Shown here piece by piece: positions 52,095 to 64,000 of a DNA stretch of 64,000 nt. The notes below the pieces were generated by a model. The model was not told where the DNA came from and did not search any database. It worked only from the letters and a program-made list of their open reading frames with translations. The position numbers were made by a program, and so were the translations under genes. Within the stretch, counting starts at the first letter, position 1. Every line of letters begins with the position of its first letter. Source of the stretch: Eledone cirrhosa (Eukaryota); the NCBI GenBank assembly GCA_964016885.1, contig OZ024747.1, positions 59,644,001 through 59,708,000 of the forward strand. Direction: 5' to 3'.

Positions 52095-52450
52095 CATATG
52101 AAGTCAGCTAAATCTACATAGGTGGGAGCTGTAATGATATAAGACTGGGGTCCCTATCATTAAAACCCCCACATCTCTTATGAAATACCTCATTGGAGGT
52201 CAGCTAAATCTATATAGGTTTGATCTGTAACATCATATGACTGGGGTCCCTATCATTATAACACCCACAAAATTTCTTATTAAATACGACCTCATAGGAG
52301 GTCAGCTAAATCTACATAGATGTGAGCTGTAATGACATGATAGTACTGGGGTCCCTATCATTACCCCCCCCCCCCACAGACACACAAAATTTCATATGAA
52401 ATACAACCTTATAGGAGGTCAGATAAATCTACATAGGTGTGAGCTGTAAA
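52095..52450. repeat. Degenerate ~95-115 bp tandem repeat, ~3.5 copies
   Basis: GGTCAGCTAAATCTACATAGG...ACTGGGGTCCCTATCATT recurs. Confidence 0.8.
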
Positions 52451-53097
52451 TTTCTTTTATTTTTTTAAATTGGTTAATTAGTAACCCATCACAAGTTACA
52501 GCTTCTTTATTTTATCAATTTAGTGTGAGGCACAGTCCTAGCAGAATATAAACTGAAACAACACACTAAATATTTTGTAAAGCAATTAATACAACTTTTT
52601 ATAAAGTAATGTCCTAATATCAATTATTAAAATATTGTGATATTGCCAGCTCTTGCTTCAGGTTATTTCATTTAATGGAATTTTAATAAAATAATGTCCA
52701 ACAAAATTGACATAACACGTTATAAGCCTCAATTTGCAATAGAAACCAGTAAGAGAGCCATCTGATATTCATTTTAAAACATCTTTTATTATAAATATCA
52801 TCTAATATAATTTAGTCTAACATATCAATACTGAATGTATAAAAAATAGAATTAAATAAAAATATTATAAGGTGACATAATTAGCTTTATAGAAAAGTCA
52901 TTTCACAGATGTAAGAGTACAAAACATAAGCTGTTATATTCACTTTTCACTTATTTCTTATTAATAAAACCCAGAACATAAAGGGCAGTAACTTAATGTC
53001 ATGAGTCGTTTTGTCTGATGCTTTAATGATTTTGTCAATGCAGGTAATTTGTGAATAACTACTACACCTGGTGTCTGTCTTACAGATCAGTTTTTAT

Positions 53098-54540
53098 ACT
53101 CTTCTTCTTCGCCTCCTTCTTCTTCTTCGCCTCCTTCTTCGCCTCCTTCTTCGCCTCCTTCTTCGCTTCCTTCTTCGCTTCCTTCTTCGCCCTCTTCTTC
53201 GCCCTCTTCTTCGCCTTCTCCGCCTTCTTCTCCGCCTTCTTCTTCGCCTTCTTCTTCGCCTTCTTCTTCGCCTTCTTCTTCGCCTTCTTCTCCGCCTTCT
53301 TCTTTCTTTGCCTTCTTCTTAGCCTTCTTCTTAGCTTCTTCTTAGCTTCTTCTTAGTTTCTTAGTCTTCTTCTTCTTAGCCTTCTTCTTCTTCTTCTAGC
53401 CTTCTTCTTCTTCTTCTAGCCTTCTTCTTCTTCTTCTTCTAGCCTTCTTCTTCTTCTAGCCTTCTTCTTCTTCTTCTTCTAGCCTTCTTCTTCTTCTTCT
53501 TCTTCTAGCCTTCTTCTTCTTCTAGCCTTCTTCTTCTTCTAGCCTTCTTCTTCTTCTTCTTAGCCTTCTTCTTCTTCTTCTAGCCTTCTTCTTCTTCTTC
53601 TAGCCTTCTTCTTCTTCTTCTTAGCCTTCTTCTTCTTCTTCTCCTTCTAGCCTTCTTCTTCTTCTTCTAGCCTTCTTCTTCTTCTTCTAGCCTTCTTCTT
53701 CTTCTTCTTCTTCTAGCCTTCTTCTTCTTCTAGCCTTCTTCTTCTTCTAGCCTTCTTCTTCTTCTAGCCTTCTTCTTCTTCTTCTTAGCCTTCTTCTTCT
53801 TCTTCTAGCCTTCTTCTTCTTCTTCTTAGCCTTCTTCTTCTTCTTCTAGCCTTCTTCTTCTTCTTCTAGCCTTCTTCTTCTTCTTCTTCTTCTAGCCTTC
53901 TTCTTCTTCTAGCCTTCTTCTTCTTCTAGCCTTCTTCTTCTTCTTCTTCTAGCCTTCTTCTTCTTCTTCTAGCCTTCTTCTTCTTCTTCTTCTTCTAGCC
54001 TTCTTCTTCTTCTAGCCTTCTTCTTCTTCTAGCCTTCTTCTTCTTCTTCTTCTAGCCTTCTTCTTCTTCTAGCCTTCTTCTTCTTCTTCTAGCCTTCTTC
54101 TTCTTCTTCTTAGCCTTCTTCTTCTTCTTCTAGCCTTCTTCTTCTTCTTCTAGCCTTCTTCTTCTTCTTCTTCTTCTAGCCTTCTTCTTCTTCTAGCCTT
54201 CTTCTTCTTCTTACCCTTCTTCTTCTTAGCTTTCTTCTTCTTCTTCTTCTTAGCCTTCTTCTTCTTCTTAGCCTTCTTCTTCTTCTTCTTCTTAGCCTTC
54301 TTCTTCTTCTTCTTCTTCTTAGCCTTCTTCTTATTCTTCTTCTTAGCTTTCTTTTTCTTCTTCTTAGCCTCCTTCTTCTTTTTCTTCTTAGCCTTCTTTT
54401 TCTTCTTAGCCTCCTTCTTCTTTTTCTTCTTAGCCTCCTTCTTCTTTTTCTTCTTAGCCTTCTTCTTCTTAGCCTCCTTCTTCTTTTTCTTTGCCTTCTT
54501 TGCCTTTGCCTTTTCTTTTACTTCTTCTTCTTCTTCTTTG
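53098..54540. repeat. (CTT)n/(GAA)n array with CTAGC and CGC interruptions, ~1.45 kb
   Basis: Directly visible; the Lys-rich and Phe/Leu-rich ORFs are artefacts. Confidence 0.97.
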
Positions 54541-54835
54541 TCCACTTATTCCTGGAAGTGTCATGGAGGCAAAGTCCTCAAGCACACCTTCCAGCTGGTC
54601 CTATCAGAAGCAGCCTATTTGCAATTGATCTGGCTGGATCCCCATGTGAAACCACCTGCATTCATGGATGCTATCCAGCCATCTTGCTCATGGTCTACCC
54701 CTGAGTTTCCTGCCAGTTGGTTTTTTTCTCATAAAATCTGTCCTAGATATTCTGACTACATGTCCTTAGTATCGGAGCTGTGATCTCTCAATTCGGAGAA
54801 GTTGTGGCTTTATTTGGAGTGACTCCCTGATTTCT
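54530..54835 (-). mobile_element. RTE (Rex3/Expander-like) LINE 3' fragment
   Basis: CCACTTATTCCTG...GTCCTCAAGCACACCTTCCAGC...TCAGAAGCA matches the reverse complement of 40490-40575. Confidence 0.72.
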
Positions 54836-54859
54836 GAGCCACACACACACACGCACACC

Positions 54860-55203
54860 CACGAGGATCTTCTGAACCATTTCCGCCTACCAAATTATAT
54901 TTAGTAGTCACTGGTCAGTTTTAGACTACATAAGAAGAAACTTATTGAAGTTGTCATGCAATGGAAGTGAACCCCCAAACCACATGTTTGCAAAGTAAAT
55001 TCCTTGACCGCACTGCTACATGTTTGCAAAGTAAATTCCTTGCTCACACAACCATGTTTGCAAAGTAAATTCCTTAACCACACAGCCACATGTTTGCAAA
55101 GTAAATTCCTTAACCCCTAAGCAACATGTTTGCAAAGAAAATTCCTTAACCACACAGCCACATGTTTGCAAAGAAAATTCCTTAACCACACAGCCACATG
55201 TGC
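54860..55203 (-). mobile_element. SINE remnant with its 5' head amplified as a ~36-bp tandem (x6)
   Basis: Unit CATGTTTGCAAAGTAAATTCCTTAACCACACAGCCA reads TGGCTGTGTGGTTAAGG... (A-box-like) on the minus strand. It is followed by GGGGTTCACTTCCA (B-box-like). Confidence 0.65.
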
Positions 55204-55281
55204 ACTTCCAAAGTAAAGAGAGTAGAAATGTTTTACACAGCAATGCCACAGACTATTCTTGACCCTTATTATTATTATTAT

Positions 55282-55712
55282 TAAGGGCGGTGGATTGGCA
55301 GTATTGGTAGAGGGTCGGACACCATGCTTTCCAGCATAGTTACGTCCCTTTACGATCTGAGTTCAAATCCCGCCGAGGTTGACTTTGCCTTTCATCCTTA
55401 CGGGGTCGATAAAATAAAGTACCAGTTATGCACTGGATAATTGCTGGCCTTGTGCCTAAAGTAGAAACAATTATTATTATTATTATGATAAGGGTGGTAG
55501 ATTGGCAGAATCGGTAGAGCATTGAACACCATGCTTTGCAACATATAGTTACGGTCTTTTACGCTCTGAGTTTAAACCCCGCCGAGGTTAGCTTTGCCTT
55601 TTGTCCTTACGGGGTCAATAAAATAAAGTACCAGTAATGCATTGGGGTCGATTTAATCGACTTTCCCATCCCACAAAATTATTGGCCTTGTGCCTAAATC
55701 AGAAATCATTAT
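55282..55712 (+). mobile_element. Two tandem SINE family A copies (55282-55487; 55490-55712)
   Basis: Both have A/B boxes and the body. The second has an extra GGGGTCGATTTAATCGACTTTCC segment. Confidence 0.9.
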
Positions 55713-56524
55713 TGTTATCTTACTATAGTAGACATTTTAGCATTTCATGAAGGCATTACAAAGAAATTATACTTAGATATAATCTGCTTTATTAGAAAAA
55801 TACCTTGATGTTCATTATTGTAATCATCATCATCATCACCATCATAATCACTTATACCATCATAATTACTAATACCATCATCACCATCTTAATCACTTAT
55901 ACCATCATAATTACTAATACCATCATTTCCATTACTATCATTATCATCCTCATCATCAACCTTATCAGCATCCTCATCATCATATTATTGATTTTTTTTC
56001 AAGGAGATTTATCTTGAAGAAAATTCTAAATTTTGGTTATATAATGAAGCAGCATTCTCTGATTTTTATCTCTGTTTGCTTTCATTTCCAAGTTGTAATT
56101 ATAGAAATATTTCCCACCTCCAGCAGTATCATTTTCATTCATAGTGTCTTTAAAAGATTTTAAAATCATTTCGTTACTCTTATAGAATTTACATCATGAT
56201 TGACATTGTACTAATTAGTACTACACTTAATTTGGTCATTTTTAAGTTGTATATGAGCAGTGACCTATAGACTCTGAGGTAGCCTGTGGTTTATGTAGTT
56301 CATGAGAAGCTGAGTGCAAGTAGACACGAATGACCTTTGCAAGTTTCCTAGGGATTGATGTTTTCATTTCTGTCTCAAGGTGTGAGTGAAGAGACAGATA
56401 GATGGAGAGCAAGTGAGAGAGATAGATAGATGAAGAGTAAATGAGATATAGATAGTGAGCAAGTGAGAGCTAGCTAGCTAGTTAGATAGAGCGAGAGATA
56501 GCTAGAGAACAAGTGATATACATA

Positions 56525-57015
56525 ATAACCTGGGATGAGCTGATAAACTCCGACCTCACACACTTACACCTCTCCAAGACAATGTCACTGGACCGAGACC
56601 TTTGGCGGTACTCAGTAATAGAGAAGACCCGCCTTACCTAAATACATAGTAAAACCTACTACAATCAGTAGGCATCTCTAACAAAATACACCCCTGTCCC
56701 ACCCCATCCACACCGCCCCCTTCTATGTAAAGTTATGTTGGTGCCACACCATCCAGGCCGAAACAAATGAGATCGTGTAGGTGTCACGACAAAAAACACA
56801 CAGTCCACGCTGTAATGTGGCCGTGTAGGCAACACGGTAAAAACCTCCCAGACCCACACTGTAAATGTGGTTGGTGTTAGGAAGGGCAACCAACTGTAGA
56901 AAACCTGCCAGACAGTCCTATGCGAGCAAGACAATCACTCTTGCCTCAAGTGGGAAAACCCCCGTCCAAACCCATGCAAGCGTGGAACACGGACGTTAAA
57001 CGTTGATGATGATGA
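56525..57015 (+). mobile_element. RTE-clade LINE 3' end
   Basis: TWDELINSDLTHLHLSKTMSLDRDLWRYSVIEKTRLT*; UTR and (TGA)n tail near-identical to 23705-24200. Confidence 0.88.
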
Positions 57016-57081
57016 TATGATACAAACATACATATAAATATATATATATATATACATATATATATACATATATATATATAT

Positions 57082-57417
57082 GGAGGCACATGGCTTAGTG
57101 GTTAGAGCATTGGCCTTGCAATCGAAAGGTTGTGAGTTCAATTATCAGACCGGGTGATGTGTTGTTTCCTTGAGCAAGACACTTTATTTCACATTGCTCC
57201 AGTTTACTCAGCTGTAAAAATGAGATGATAGGGACTGGGGTCCCTATCATTCCACTGCAAAGTGGTCGTGGAGGTGCCACGGCAAAAAAGCACCCAGCAC
57301 TCACTGTAAATGAGGTTGGTGTTAGGAAGGGCATCCAGCTGTAGAAATCGAGCCAGAATGAGTTCCCATCCCACCCTTGCAAGCAGGGAAAAGCAGACGT
57401 AAAATGATGATGATGAT
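57082..57417 (+). mobile_element. SINE family B, full length
   Basis: GGAGGCACATGGCTTAGTGGTTAG...GTGAGTTCAATT...CORE-like block...RTE-type tail and (TGA)n. Confidence 0.88.
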
Positions 57418-57474
57418 ATATATATACATATATATATACATATATATATATATATACATACATATGCATACATA

Positions 57475-57512
<38 letters not shown>

Positions 57513-57563
57513 CATACATATGCATACATATATATATATATATATATATATACATATGCATAC

Positions 57564-57597
<34 letters not shown>

Positions 57598-58049
57598 CAA
57601 GTGAGATATATATATGTATATATATAGATAGATCGATAGTGAGTGAGAGATATATAGATAGCAAGTTATATATATATATATATATACAGAGAGAGAGAGA
57701 ATGGTTGCAAGACTGTTTCTCTTTGATATGTGATTACATCTTTGTGTTATTTTACAATCTCAATATATCTGAAATATGAGCCGACTATAAACTATTTGAA
57801 GCTAACATTTCCAAATTACTTCTTTTTTTTTTTTTTTAAACTAAAATGTTTCAATCTTTCTATCCTTTATCTATATTGTTCCTATTAATTTATAACTTAC
57901 CATAAATTTCCCATGTCCTCACTGTTGGCATACTATTATATGAAAGACAGGTTTATATGACCATTTTAAAACATAAATACAATGGAATTAAATTCTCAAC
58001 ACCAAGTAGATACCAATGACAGATTCTTACAAGTATATTTTCACATGAC

Positions 58050-58310
58050 TTCATCATCATCATCACAGTTTTACGTCCATTTTCCACACTAGCATGGGTT
58101 AGATGAGTTGTCCTGTTGTGGGTAATGCTAGGTTAGGTGACCATGTCTTGCTCATACAGAACTGATTTTGGCTTGGTTTCTGCAGCTAGTTGTGTTTCCT
58201 AACATCAACTTCATTTACAATGAGTACTGTGTGCTTTTTGTTGTGATGCCTACATGACTACTTTACACTATGGGCTGGGTGCTTTTTGTCGTGACACCTC
58301 CACTAGCACC
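58050..58310 (-). mobile_element. RTE-tail-type repeat (same family as 14800-15095)
   Basis: CATCATCA...GTCCATTTTCCACACTAGCATGGGTTAGA...TCCTAACATCAAC. Confidence 0.6.
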
Positions 58311-58465
58311 AGGAAATTCAAATCACTTCATTTTCTTTTCTGTATCCACAAACATGACTGTTGGAAAAAAATTATCTTCATATCACATACATAGAAATAT
58401 GTGCAATAGGCATTTATTTTCCTCAACAGTCTTATAGATAGATAGAAATTAATAAAGTATAAAAT

Positions 58466-58533
58466 TAGCAGAGATAGTTTCGATCTACGGACCTCTGGGT
58501 TATGGGCCCAACATGCTTCCACTGCACCATGCT
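58466..58533 (-). pseudogene. Initiator tRNA-Met (CAT) pseudogene
   Basis: Minus strand AGCATGGTGCAGTGGAAGCATGTTGGGCCCATAACCCAGAGGTCCGTAGATCGAAACTATCTCTGCTA. Matches metazoan tRNAi-Met: GGG/CCC anticodon stem, CAT anticodon, GATCGAAA T-loop. The acceptor stem is disrupted and there are CpG-type transitions. Confidence 0.88.
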
Positions 58534-59389
58534 ATATTTATTCTGGTTCATGAGAAAGAATATTCAATCATTGCTACCCCTATATTAAAAATACCATCTT
58601 AATAATGAAATAATTATTTTAGTATAAATCCGTTCAAATTTAATTTTTCAAATACAGTGTATTTCATTTTGAAAGGGTTAAATATTAAGATTAAATGTTG
58701 TAGGTAAATAAACCACAAGACATTTATGCAACCTGAGTAGGGTGGGAATGTATTTATAAGTTTGTCAAACAAGATGCCATATTTAAATATTTCATGGCTG
58801 AGAAGTGAGGGTATATTATGGATGGATTAACTTGTTAGACATTTGCTACTTTAAAAATTCAATTCATGCTTATGATGGACATTCTTTAGATTATATTTGT
58901 GGTTTAAAAATCCCGAATATTATTTTTCTTTGGCAAAAATCGGATTAAATCTTAACTCCTCTTCCACATCAGTTGAATCTGATTAGTAAAGTTGGTGGAC
59001 TATTTCGACTTTAACACACATTTACTGTTGGCATTACAAAAGAGGATTTTCTTCAAAGATTATCATTTTTCATACTATTTAGATCTGTGGCCTCCATAGG
59101 TCTCATGAGATAATTGATCTACAGCTGGAAAGTTCCTCATCAAGGTGCATGCTTGGGCACTTTGTTTTTATGGAAGACAAGCAGTTATCTATACATGCCA
59201 GTCTCCTCTCCCTCTCAATGCCAGTCATCCTCTTCATTCCACCAATGATGTCTAAATGGAGATTCCAAGGACAGATAAAGCTTGGCATCAGTGTTAACAC
59301 AAATGTTGCCAGCAGAATGTGATTTACCAAAACAGATATCACAAGGCATCTCATCTTATGCTCTAACAATTCTGCCAGTCCTCCATCCT

Positions 59390-60045
59390 AGACTGGTACT
59401 TTATTTATCAACACTGAAATGATGAATGGCAAAGTTAACCTCAGCACAATTTGAACAGAGCAGAGAATGCCAGAACTAATACAACATATCTTATTTACAT
59501 CTATATTACATCTAATATTTACATCTATATTAATGTGGCAAGTTGTTAGTTGCTAGAATGTTGGATAGCATTCTCCACAGTATCCTTTCTGACTCTCTGC
59601 TCTTTGAGTTTAAACCTCGCCAAGGTCAACTTTGTCTCCTATCCTTTGGTAGTTGATAAAGTATCAGCCCAGTAATGGGATGAATTCTTCCTCTATATTT
59701 CTTTCTCACTTCCTCTCTCTCTCTTCCCGAAAGAAATCAAACTTGGAGCTGGATAGACTCCACCAGTTTTAAATGTCTAAGACATATCATATATCACTAT
59801 GGCACCCCAGCAACTTAATCAGGAGTGAAGGACCCATGGACATCTATATTATCATGTAAACTGTTCATAGGTGTTGGACAGAATGCTATGTTTAAATCCC
59901 ACCTAGATCAGCTTTGCTTTTCTTCCTTTCAGGGTCAATAAAATACCAGTCCAGAGGAGGAGTGGATTAGTGAAATTGTTAAAATGTCTGTTGGGATGCC
60001 ATGTGATATCTGTTCTTTGTATTCTGAGTTCAAATCCTACCTCCT
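59390..60045. mobile_element. Cluster of old degenerate SINE family A fragments (59390-59470 -, 59535-59680 +, 59880-59950 +, 59960-60040 +)
   Basis: Recognisable GAGTT(C/T)AAA(T/C)C, AACTTTG.CT..CATCCTTT and ACTGGTACTTTATTTATC motifs. Confidence 0.55.
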
Positions 60046-60381
60046 ATCTCTGGACAAGCGGTGAGGCTTCTGTCGAGAGATGCAACAGACATAGTATCAG
60101 TAATGGTAAAATGAATGGAAAAAGTCTCCTTGGCCTGATCTGGAAAATCTGCTTCTTTCATGTTTTTACAACTCATCATAGATTTTTAGAGCCTTTTATC
60201 TATCTCTCTTTCTTTAACCTATTTCTAATTCCTATGATTTAAAAAATATTTTTTTAAATATTCAAGAATTTGGAGGGATTGAGTAATTGACTTTATCATT
60301 ACTATGCTGGTGATTCGAGCATAACTTAACAAAGGTTTTTATTTAAAATTGTGATGGAAAGTCTTTAGATAAATAATGGTA

Positions 60382-60668
60382 TGGTATGGTATTGTCCTGT
60401 AACTCCTGGGGAAGTCATAGGAGCACTCTATTGACATACAGCATTTCTTGGGCATTTTAAGCCTGGCAGAGCTCATCCCTCTCCAGGCCTGAGTACAGCA
60501 GATTTCTTCAAGAGAAAGAATCGACTCCAGTACTAGACTGGTACTTTTTTTATCAACCTCGAAAGGATGAAACCTCAACGGGATTTGAACTCCAAGAGTA
60601 AAGAGCCTGAATGAATACTGTAAAGCATTCTATCCGATATTCTAATGACTCTGCCAATTTGCCGCCTA
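60382..60668 (-). mobile_element. SINE family A variant with alternative 3' tail
   Basis: Reverse complement of the 8190-8456 structure; tail (CATAC)n. Confidence 0.8.
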
Positions 60669-61681
60669 TAGATAATAGACATTTCAAAATGTTTTTCTAT
60701 CATTAAACCACTTCTGATTTCAGGCAGGTTAGCATCAAAAAGGTTAATAATCAGGGATGCATTTTTTAAAAGTCTAGGTTGAAGCCAAGGGACTCAGCAG
60801 GGAATAAGGGGCTCAATATTTTCTTATCTTCTTATTGCTGTAGCAGGGTGAAAGATTGATGTACCAGTTGGTGCTTGAAATATTTGAAAGCCTAGGGCTC
60901 TAGCCATGGGTTAATACAGCTCTGCATTTAATTGTGATTGGTATAAAGGATCGGCATATGTTTGTAGATATATGCTACAATAATTCCTAGAAATACATGA
61001 ATTTACAAATGAATAAAATAAAATGACAATAAATTAAATAAATAATAAAGTTCATGGACGAATTTTAGAAATGCTGGAAAAGAAAATTAACTTCCACAAA
61101 ATAACAATAAAAATAAAACCAAACAAAACAAAACTACAATCAAATCAGAAATTGATTTGATAATGAGGCTCCAGTAATTTAACCAGTTTAATATTTAATC
61201 AATTGCTAATTAGTTTCTTTACTTCTCATTACATTGAGTATGATTGGAAATTGAGTTCAATTATGAAGCATGAAAAATGTGCCATCTCACAGTCACTTGT
61301 AAATTCCAATATAATCATAGAAACTGGTGCTGTTTATTGATGTTTCAATTTTCTTGGTGTCTATTCTTTCTAAATAACAATATATATTGTTAAAGGTCAC
61401 TGGTACGTGTGTGTAGAGGAGGGGGAGTTTCTCTCCTGATATCTTAGTTGGTGTATTGTTGATATAGCTAAGGTTTTAATTGAAGGAGGGCTACAATGGT
61501 TTTCTTTTTTTAGGTATGTCTCATGGAGGTGTAATTTTTTATTCTGGAAGGTATATCTTGTCTACATTATATATATATGAGGAAGAGAGAGTTACAATTT
61601 GCTTACAAACCAACAATTTAAAAGTGCAACCTAGTAAATGAGTAAAATTTTACTCTCATTAATATTAGTATAATATATATA

Positions 61682-61752
61682 ATGGGCGGTGAATTGGCAG
61701 TATCGGTAGAGGGTTGGACGCCATGCTTTCTAGCATAGTTACGTCCCTTTAC
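61682..61752 (+). mobile_element. 5' head of SINE family A (3'-truncated)
   Basis: GGGCGGTGAATTGGCAGTATCGGTAGAGGGTTGGACGCCATGCTTTCTAGCATAGTTACGTCCCTTTAC. Confidence 0.8.
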
Positions 61753-61863
61753 ACCACACACACGACACACTCACACACAACACACTCGCACACAGTTATG
61801 TGTTGTTTGGGAACTGTAATTGTAATTTGTATAAAATTCATTGGTCCTGTGTTACCCACATTT

Positions 61864-62475
61864 ACACCATTGCTTTAGACACAGTGTATGTGTGTGTATT
61901 TACATGTGTGTGTGTCTGAGTGTGTATGCGTGTGTGTATTTACATGTGTGTGTGTGTGTATGCGTGTGTGTATGTATATAGGTGTGTATGCTTGTATGTG
62001 TGTGTATTTACATGTGTGTGTGTGTATAGGTGTGTGTATATAGGTGTGTGTATGCTTGTATGTGTGTATGTATATAGGTGTGTGTATGCTTGTATGTGTG
62101 TGTATTTACATGTGTGTGTATGCATGTGTGTATGTATATAGGTGTGTATGCTTGTATGTGTATTTACATGTGTATGGGTGTGTGTATATGCTTGTATGTG
62201 TGTATTTACATGTGTGTGTGTGTGTGTGTGTCTGTATGCATGTATGTGTATATGCTTGTATGCGTGTGTATTTACATGTGTGTGTGAGTGTGTATGCATG
62301 TATGTGTGTATATAGGTGTGTATGCTTGTATGTGTGTGTATTTACAAATGTGTATGCATATGTGTATATGTATATAGGTGTGTGTATGCTTATGTGTGTA
62401 TTTACATGTGTGTGTGTGTGTATGCATGTGTGTGTATGTATATAGGTGTGTGTATGCTTGTATGTGTGTGTATGC
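61864..62475. repeat. (TG)n-derived minisatellite (TATTTACATGTG / TATGCTTGTATG subunits)
   Basis: Directly visible. Confidence 0.92.
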
Positions 62476-62679
62476 TGCCTCTCTCTGACAGTTTTTCCTC
62501 CCTGTCTCGGCCTGCCAGTAACATTCTAAGATGAAATTAAATGTGGTCACCATTCATGAATAACTAGATTGCTTTTTATCATGAATTTTAATTTTCCCTC
62601 AATCCCTTTCCCATCTTTATCTTATCCCCTTTGGTCCAATCACTTCCATCCTCCATCTTGTCTCTCCCTCTCCCCCTCT

Positions 62680-64000
62680 CTCTACATCTTCATGTCTCCC
62701 TCTCCTTTTTTCTTTACATCTATATGCTGTCTTCCCTCTCCCTCATCTTCACGTCTCCCCCTCTCTACATCTTCACGTTTCCCCCTCTCTCTCTTTACAT
62801 CTACATGTTGTCTCCCCCTTTCTCTCTCTTTACATCTACATGTTGTCTCCCCCCCTCTCTCTCTCTTTACATCTACATGTTGTCTCCCCCTCTCTCTCTC
62901 TTTACATCTACATGTTGTCTCCCCCTCTCTCTCTCTTTACATCTACATGTTGTCTCCCCCTCTCTCTTTACATCTACATATTGTCTCCCCCTTTCTCTAC
63001 ATCTACATGTTGTCTCCCCCTCTCTCTCTCTTTACATCTACATGTTGTCTCCCCCTTTCTCTCTCTCTTTACATCTACATGTCTCCCCCTTTCTCTCTCT
63101 TTACATCTACATGTCTCCCCCTTTCTCTCTCTTTACATCTACATGTTGTCTCCCCCTTTCTCTCTCTTTACATCTACATGTTGTCTCCCCCTTTCTCTCT
63201 CTTTACATCTACATGTTGTCTCCCCCCTCTCTCTCACTTTACATCTACATGTTGTCTCCCCCTTTCTCTCTCTCTTTACATCTACATGTTGTCTCCCCCT
63301 TTCTCTCTCTTTACATCTACATGTTGTCTCCCCCTATCTCTCTCTTTACATCTACATGTTGTCTCCCCCTTTCTCTCTCTCTTTACATCTACATGTCTCC
63401 CCCTTTCTCTCTCTCTTTACATCTACATGTTGTCTCCCCCTTTCTCTCTCTCTTTACATCTACATGTTGTCTCCCCCTTTCTCTCTCTTTACATCTACAT
63501 GTTGTCTCCCCCTCTCTCTCTCTTTACATCTACATGTTGTCTCCCCCTTTCTCTCTCTTTACATCTACATGTTGTCTCCCCCTTTCTCTCTTTACATCTA
63601 CATGTTGTCTCCCCCTCTCTCTCTCTTTACATCTACATGTTGTCTCCCCCACTCTCTCTCTTTACATCTACATGTTGTCTCCCCCTTTCTCTCTCTTTAC
63701 ATCTACATGTTGTCTCCCCCTTTCTCTCTCTTTACATCTACATGTTGTCTCCCCCTTTCTCTCTCTTTACATCTACATGTTGTCTCCCCCTTTCTCTCTC
63801 TTTACATCTACATGTTGTCTCCCCCCTCTCTCTCACTTTACACCTACATGTTGTCTCCCCCTTTCTCTCTCTTTACATCTACATGTTGTCTCCCCCTTTC
63901 TCTCTCTCTTTACATCTACATGTTGTCTCCCCCTTTCTCTCTCTTTACATCTACATGTTGTCTCCCCCTTTCTCTCTCTCTTTACATCTACATGTTGTCT
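62680..64000. repeat. ~32-38 bp pyrimidine-rich minisatellite TTTACATCTACATGTTGTCTCCCCCT(TT)(CT)n, runs off window end
   Basis: More than 30 head-to-tail units; more degenerate at the left edge. Confidence 0.97.

Noticed and set aside
54150-54545. Lys/Ala-rich histone H1- or protamine-like ORF
   Set aside because: It lies wholly within a (GAA)n array that begins at a LINE tail; GTG start and no globular domain.
58328-58522. 64-aa ORF MEACWAHNPEV...
   Set aside because: It is a translation of the tRNA-Met pseudogene and its flank.
60752-60924. Possible small hAT-like MITE (CAGGGATGCATT...AATACAGCTCTG)
   Set aside because: The TIR match is weak and there is no convincing 8-bp TSD.
62680-64000. 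Terminal array as telomeric repeat
   Set aside because: No TTAGGG/CCCTAA units; it is an ordinary minisatellite cut by the window edge.

Overview
AT-rich, repeat-dominated eukaryotic DNA, probably intronic or intergenic. I found no convincing host protein-coding gene. The repeat repertoire suggests an octopus/coleoid cephalopod genome (inference). It includes tRNA-headed SINEs, RTE/CR1/Tx1/CRE/Penelope retroelement remnants, mariner, hAT and TTAA-flanked MITEs, and very long (TA)n/(CA)n/(CT)n/(GAA)n arrays. Most long ORFs in the track are simple-repeat artefacts. The main signal is at 31.5-37.1 kb: four minus-strand type I hammerhead-ribozyme-like motifs among Penelope-like remnants and (TA)n arrays. 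The best motif (36183-36237) has an intact core and lies in a ~415-bp unit repeated 1.5 times, the layout of a non-LTR retrozyme. Other notable items are a 79-bp satellite amplified from the endonuclease-coding part of a CRE-like retrotransposon, a perfect 32-bp-arm hairpin made from a LINE 3' end, a decayed initiator tRNA-Met, and several resolvable nested insertions. All calls are by eye; no database searches were run.
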